A DNA stretch of 25,916 nt from Ginkgo biloba. Its lineage: Eukaryota > Plantae > Ginkgophyta. Below the pieces are notes generated by a model. That model was not told where the DNA came from, ran no database searches, and was given only the letters and a program-made list of their open reading frames with translations. How positions within the stretch are numbered: position 1 is the stretch's first letter; the number at the start of each line of letters is the position of its first letter. Where the stretch lies: positions 12,684,679 through 12,710,594 of the forward strand of contig JANKJI020000004.1 of NCBI GenBank assembly GCA_024626585.2, written 5' to 3'. The position numbers were made by a program, and so were the translations under genes. This document shows positions 21,985-25,916 of this stretch, one piece after another.

Positions 21985-22517
21985 CAACCACATAGGCTTT
22001 CTCCACTTTCTAAAGGTAATAACATATTATAATGGCCACACAGGCTCACAAGTGAAATCTCACATTGCCATTCTTCACATATGACTACCTCTCTCAGTAG
22101 TCTGTCGAGAATGCCACACAGGCTTACAAGGTAGAATCTCACATCACCAATTCTCATTCATGACCACATAGGATCTCACTAGTAGAATCAACCATCACCA
22201 TTTCTCACCAACTACCTACATCGACGGTCTATCGAGAATCCTCAAGTCATAAGGCCTAACCTACCTTGGTATGAAAATACACATCAATAATAATACATCG
22301 ATAGCACAAGGCGAGACTCTTCCACTTCACCAGGTAGTCAGGCTTCCTCAGTCAACAAATTTTCTATCTTCTATCTTGGCCTACCTCAGTCTATAAATAC
22401 ATAAATAATACCATGATAACATAAGATAGGACTCAGCCACTTCACCAAGTAGTCAAGCTGCCTCAGTCAGAAAATCTGTTATCTTCTATCCTGGACTGCC
22501 TTCATTTGTAAATATAC
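21985..22517 (+). repeat. Tandem sub-repeats within LTR-like DNA
   Basis: CCACA(C/T)AGG-led units at about 21989, 22035, 22114 and 22165. An ~80-bp direct repeat CCACTTCACCA(G/A)GTAGTCA(G/A)GCT...ATCTTCTATC occurs at about 22322 and 22437. Confidence 0.75.
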
Positions 22518-23377
22518 AACCTCCTCACTCATGGAGGGCCAATAGAACACACCATANNNNNNNNNNNNNNNNNNNNNNNNNNNNNNNNNNNNNNNNNNNN
22601 NNNNNNNNNNNNNNNNNNNNNNNNNNNNNNNNNNNNNNNNNNNNNNNNNNNNNNNNTTAAGGTCATATCATCACAATTTTCTAGGTGTTTGTCTTTGGCT
22701 CCCACATCATTCGACACTAAACATATGTTTTGTCAATTTCTTTGTATTTCTTCAGGTACAAATCTCCTACTAACATATATTCCATTAATTGCAACCATAA
22801 ATGAGGATTGTACCCCAAATATTGTGTCTTAATGTTCGTGTACTATGTTTATGTTGTTGTTCCATAATGCATGCTATATCCTCGTATGAATGTTCTGACT
22901 TGTTGATGGTGGCCTCCGAACCTAGAACCCATTATTTGTCAACAAAGCTTATGGCATAATTATAGGGTATCCAATCCTAAATGCCATTTAATCGTATGGC
23001 TACTTTTATGGTCTATTATGCATGGTGTAAATGTTGATATGATGTTACACGGAAGATTGTCGTCATATTTGGCTCATCAATGGAAAATTATATCTACTTT
23101 GGCATTGGAACCCTAGACCTAATCCCAAGCCTACAAGGATGATTGGTATGTGAATGGGCAATGTGTTGTAGTGGGGACGTAACACTTAAAGTAAATGCAT
23201 TTTTGAAAAGTTTGTTTATTGGGATAGGTTGTTTCCTCTAGCAATGGATTTTAATGGGAGGCTTGTAATATATGCTCACAAAGATGGGTGCCATTAGAAA
23301 ACTTATTGCATAGGCTCACATTGAAAGATTCCAAAAGCTTATNNNNNNNNNNCCTAAAGTAGATTCTAATAATGCAT

Positions 23378-23388
23378 TGGTATCAAAG
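23378..23388 (+). other. Degenerate Met-tRNA PBS (TGGTATCAAAG) following CA-T
   Basis: CA at 23375-23376, then T, then TGGTATCAAAG (one G>A change). The geometry fits an LTR end. No clear gag was recognised downstream. Confidence 0.4.
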
Positions 23389-25916
23389 TATACTACTTTA
23401 TTTACCTACATGCAAAGCAATGATGCAATTCATTGAAACTATTTTTTTTCTTTTTCCATTTCCCAAAGCCTTTCAAACATTTCTTGTGTGTGGGTAGATA
23501 TCAGGTCCACATGAATGACTCTAAACTTGAAAACAAACCCTAAAATGATGGAAGGAACATGCAACCAAAATACAAAAAAAATTGGAAAAAGAGCTAACTA
23601 TTTCCCATTACTTTGTGCATTCCATTCTTCACTTTGTCTTTTGTAAGAAGGATTACAAGGATGTGGCTCCTAATGATCTTGATTTGCATTCATACACATT
23701 AGCCTTTGCTAATCTAAATTTGTCATCTACACCTTCGCCCATGGAGCCAAGTCTAGTTCAATTGTTCAAGATTGGCATAGGGTTATGATTACAATAGTTA
23801 CAATAATATTGGATATCAAGTGTATGATGATTGTGAGCTTAATTATCTTGGTAACTGATCAAGCAAAAAACCCAACAATTTGGTAATTTGGTCTTCTTCT
23901 TNNNNNNNNNNNNNNNNNNNNNNNNNNNNNNNNNNNNNNNNNNNNNNNNNNNNNNNNNNNNNNNNNNNNNNNNNNNNNNNNNNNNNNNNNNNNNNNNNNN
24001 NAGAACCCAAGCAAATGGGTCTACGGTAGTGGTAGTTATACTCGAAGACTTGCTAAGGGACTGTGAGCCTTAATTTTAGACCCCTTTCTTTGAGACTTTG
24101 TTTACGCGCTTGCATGCACCAATTTAGGGCCACTTGCAATGGGGTTGCGAATACCCTAGAGGGTTGGACATATGTATGTGCTAAACCTATTTTCTACCTA
24201 TCTAAAGTCTATTGGTGTAGATGCAGAGTCTATAGCTATTAGTGTAGCTATGGAGAGTATGGTTATTGGTGTAGCCATAATCCATGATCTTTGGATGCAA
24301 ACGTCATGGTCTTTGAACTAATAGGGTTTCTGGTTAGGCTCTATTTGTGCAGCCCAAGGGTATATTACACCATAAACCATTAATTGTCGATAAAGAGATG
24401 GATACCCGAACAAATGTCTAGGGCTATCCTCATGCCAAAAGAGGTTGGAAATAGACCTATGCTAGCAGCCTCTCTAGTTTGTGATTGCGGGGTGGAGACT
24501 AGCAGATTGTTAATAGTTGTTAGGCGTTGATGGTTAGCATTTATGCACCAAAGATCTGGTTGCTTGCATAAAAGAGCCCCTTAGGTGGTCCCCATGGCCA
24601 ACAATAGGTGGACATGGTTTCCATGTGTCACTCTCTTAATGGATGTGCCCTCTAATGGGATTTCTCTTTAACATTTACTTATTTCTCTTTCTTATTAATG
24701 CCACTCTAAACGATGCAGTTATCAACTATACGGCCCACATAGTAATTTCCTTGCTCATTTTATTACTTTCCCCTCTTTTCAAGGTTGAATTTCCCATGAA
24801 TTCACTGGCTTGTAACAACAAAAATTAGCAATAGTAGCCATTGTTGACATCGTAAGCATTTAAGCTCAAGATAAAGGCAAAAGGGCATATGTGAGAGACT
24901 TTGCAAAAGGAGAGATAGATAAAGCACCACAATGCAACATCCACATTTTGAAAAAACACTAATAACAGCAACCTACTTCTAAACATATATTTAAAGATAA
25001 TACTTACAAAATTTTGCATACACAGAGTTTTCTTCCCAATCGAAAAATAGTCTTCACAGATTCAAGTTACCAAAAAACAAAGCTAATTCCCTCTTCTTTC
25101 CAAAACATTTGTTTTGCCATTAACTTCCATTCAAATCAATCTCTTTGTAACGCCTTTTTATTAACAACTTTTAAAGTTGATAGATCAACCTAGAAGCAAC
25201 CCATGTGTAACCATAACTACATACTTCTACACAACACTTCACATAATATAAGGTGAGGTTACATCAATTTTTCTCTTCATTTCTTCTAATTTTTAGTTAT
25301 AGAATCATAAGAAATTCAAGTGACATGTTCCTCCCTTACTAATAATATTCTACTAAAGTAGATGTGAGTGGTCATACATTTTCCTTTAAGTGTCCAATTG
25401 GAATTCTTTATACCTACAAAATAGGATACATGCCAAATATTTAATGAAATTATCCAATGAAATAATATTATTTGGGGAAAGTAGATTGTAGTATGTAGAT
25501 AATATGGGCAATAGAACTTAATAAAATTATGTAATATAGGCTAAGTTATATGTGTTGTATCTCATCTTTGAAAATTTTATATGATATAATTTAAATGTAA
25601 GGAGTCCCTATTCTTATTAGAAATCAACTAATGCTATATCAATAGTGAATGTTTATATCTTTTGTATCGCCTAAATAAAATCCGTGTCTTAGTTCTAGGG
25701 ATTTATTAGGTTGAAGTAGTCCAACAATTACAAAAATATTACCAACTAATTTTGAATAATATGTATGGATTAAATGTCCAAGTTTGCATACTTAAGACCC
25801 ACTAAGGTAGTGTGACAACAAGCCCATAAGAGTCTTCATCCATAGATGTATTTATGGGGCACCAGACTAGAGAGAGTCAATAGTCCTCTTTTCACTCTTA
25901 TTTTAAAGGAATTTTA

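Larger units (their letters stand above)
20990..22556 (-). mobile_element. Ty1/copia-like relic: LTR sequence (about 21429 upward), PBS, leader and gag N-terminus
   Basis: PBS at 21427-21416. IEK/LTGLNFA near 21178-21144 (cf. copia gag EKL.G.NF..W). Copia-LTR-like GTTTTATTCCCCAAGAGGGTTTCTCCAG at about 21940-21913. The outer boundary is uncertain and may comprise two LTRs. Confidence 0.6.

Noticed and set aside
24000-25400. TE-like coding relics
   Set aside because: The composition suggests decayed retroelements, but I could not identify any diagnostic motif.

Overview
This is eukaryotic land-plant genomic DNA, AT-rich, with many N runs that look like masking or small gaps. The large intron and TIR-type NLR relic suggest a large-genome plant such as a gymnosperm or fern (inference). 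The window holds the 3' half of a minus-strand class I trehalose-6-phosphate synthase (TPS1-like) gene. Six coding exons join in frame through canonical GT-AG introns: 19026-18847, 18762-18640, 18382-18295, 18152-18022, 1277-1179 and 827-387 (stop). They encode the degenerate TPP-like C-terminal domain. One intron (1278-18021) is 16,744 bp and packed with decayed, partly nested retroelements: a non-L1 LINE RT split by a 640-bp insert with a 5-bp TSD, several Ty3/gypsy gag, integrase and LTR pieces, and an L1 ORF1 relic. It also contains an antisense TIR-type NLR (NB-ARC) pseudogene fragment. The region above 19026 is probably another large TE-filled intron and includes a Copia LTR/PBS/gag relic. 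I see no convincing novel biological system. The best leads are the intronic NLR relic, the nested LINE/insert structure and a possibly chimeric LTR element.
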